NCBI GenBank assembly: GCA_040954595.2
Contig: CM082576.2
Span: 4,686,760-4,750,759, forward strand
Length of the DNA stretch: 64,000 nucleotides
Source of the DNA: Balanoglossus misakiensis
Taxonomy: Eukaryota > Animalia > Hemichordata
Direction of reading: 5' to 3'
Of this stretch, positions 63,723-64,000 are shown one piece after another. The translations under genes and the position numbers were made by a program. The notes beneath the pieces are model-generated. The model saw only the letters and a program-made list of their open reading frames with translations. It did no database searches and was not told the origin of the DNA. The number at the start of each line of letters is the position of its first letter. Within the stretch, counting starts at the first letter, position 1.

Positions 63723-64000
63723 GTAGGTGTCACCATAGTGGAAAGGTGCTGTCTGGAAAAATCCTGGAGTCACATACAGCCTATTGTAATAACATCTCTG
63801 GAAACTTTCTGTCAAGTGAGAGATGTTTGAGCCACCAAAGACATCGTCACAGGTTAATTAATTGTGATGAAATCTAATCTGGTTGAATGTTTAAAATCTC
63901 ATTAAAAACCATGTTTTTCCAGTTACTCGCATATGATGGGACTTTGCAGGGTCATTGTTACTTCTCCACATCACAAGATAGCTTCCCATGATAACCAAAC

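Overview
Intron-containing animal genomic DNA, not prokaryotic. It is probably an invertebrate deuterostome such as a hemichordate; this is inferred from gene content and repeat style and is not verified. Three protein-coding genes are supported. (1) Iodotyrosine deiodinase (IYD), minus strand, exons 2275-1873, 998-682 and 23-<1, running off the left edge. (2) An ANKRD63 orthologue with a single coding exon (10795-12567, +). (3) A nidogen/entactin gene (+), with 14 coding exons from 57476 to 63722 continuing past the right edge; its domains are signal peptide, NIDO, EGF, G2, four EGFs and YWTD. The ~45 kb between ANKRD63 and nidogen has no recognisable host gene. It holds a 10.6-kb, ~122-copy 87-bp satellite built from short dyad symmetries, a Harbinger-type MITE, an internally deleted Academ-like transposon with three termini and a 3-bp TTA target duplication, and a 5.4-kb GT/GG tract. 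A nidogen intron carries two 18-25 bp palindromes with 7-bp target-site duplications that look like P-superfamily excision footprints. The very long ORFs in the supplied track (MTIFRLSEISK..., CVCV..., HTHT...) are repeat artefacts. I found no clear new multi-gene system. The most interesting signals are in transposon and satellite biology and in nidogen architecture.
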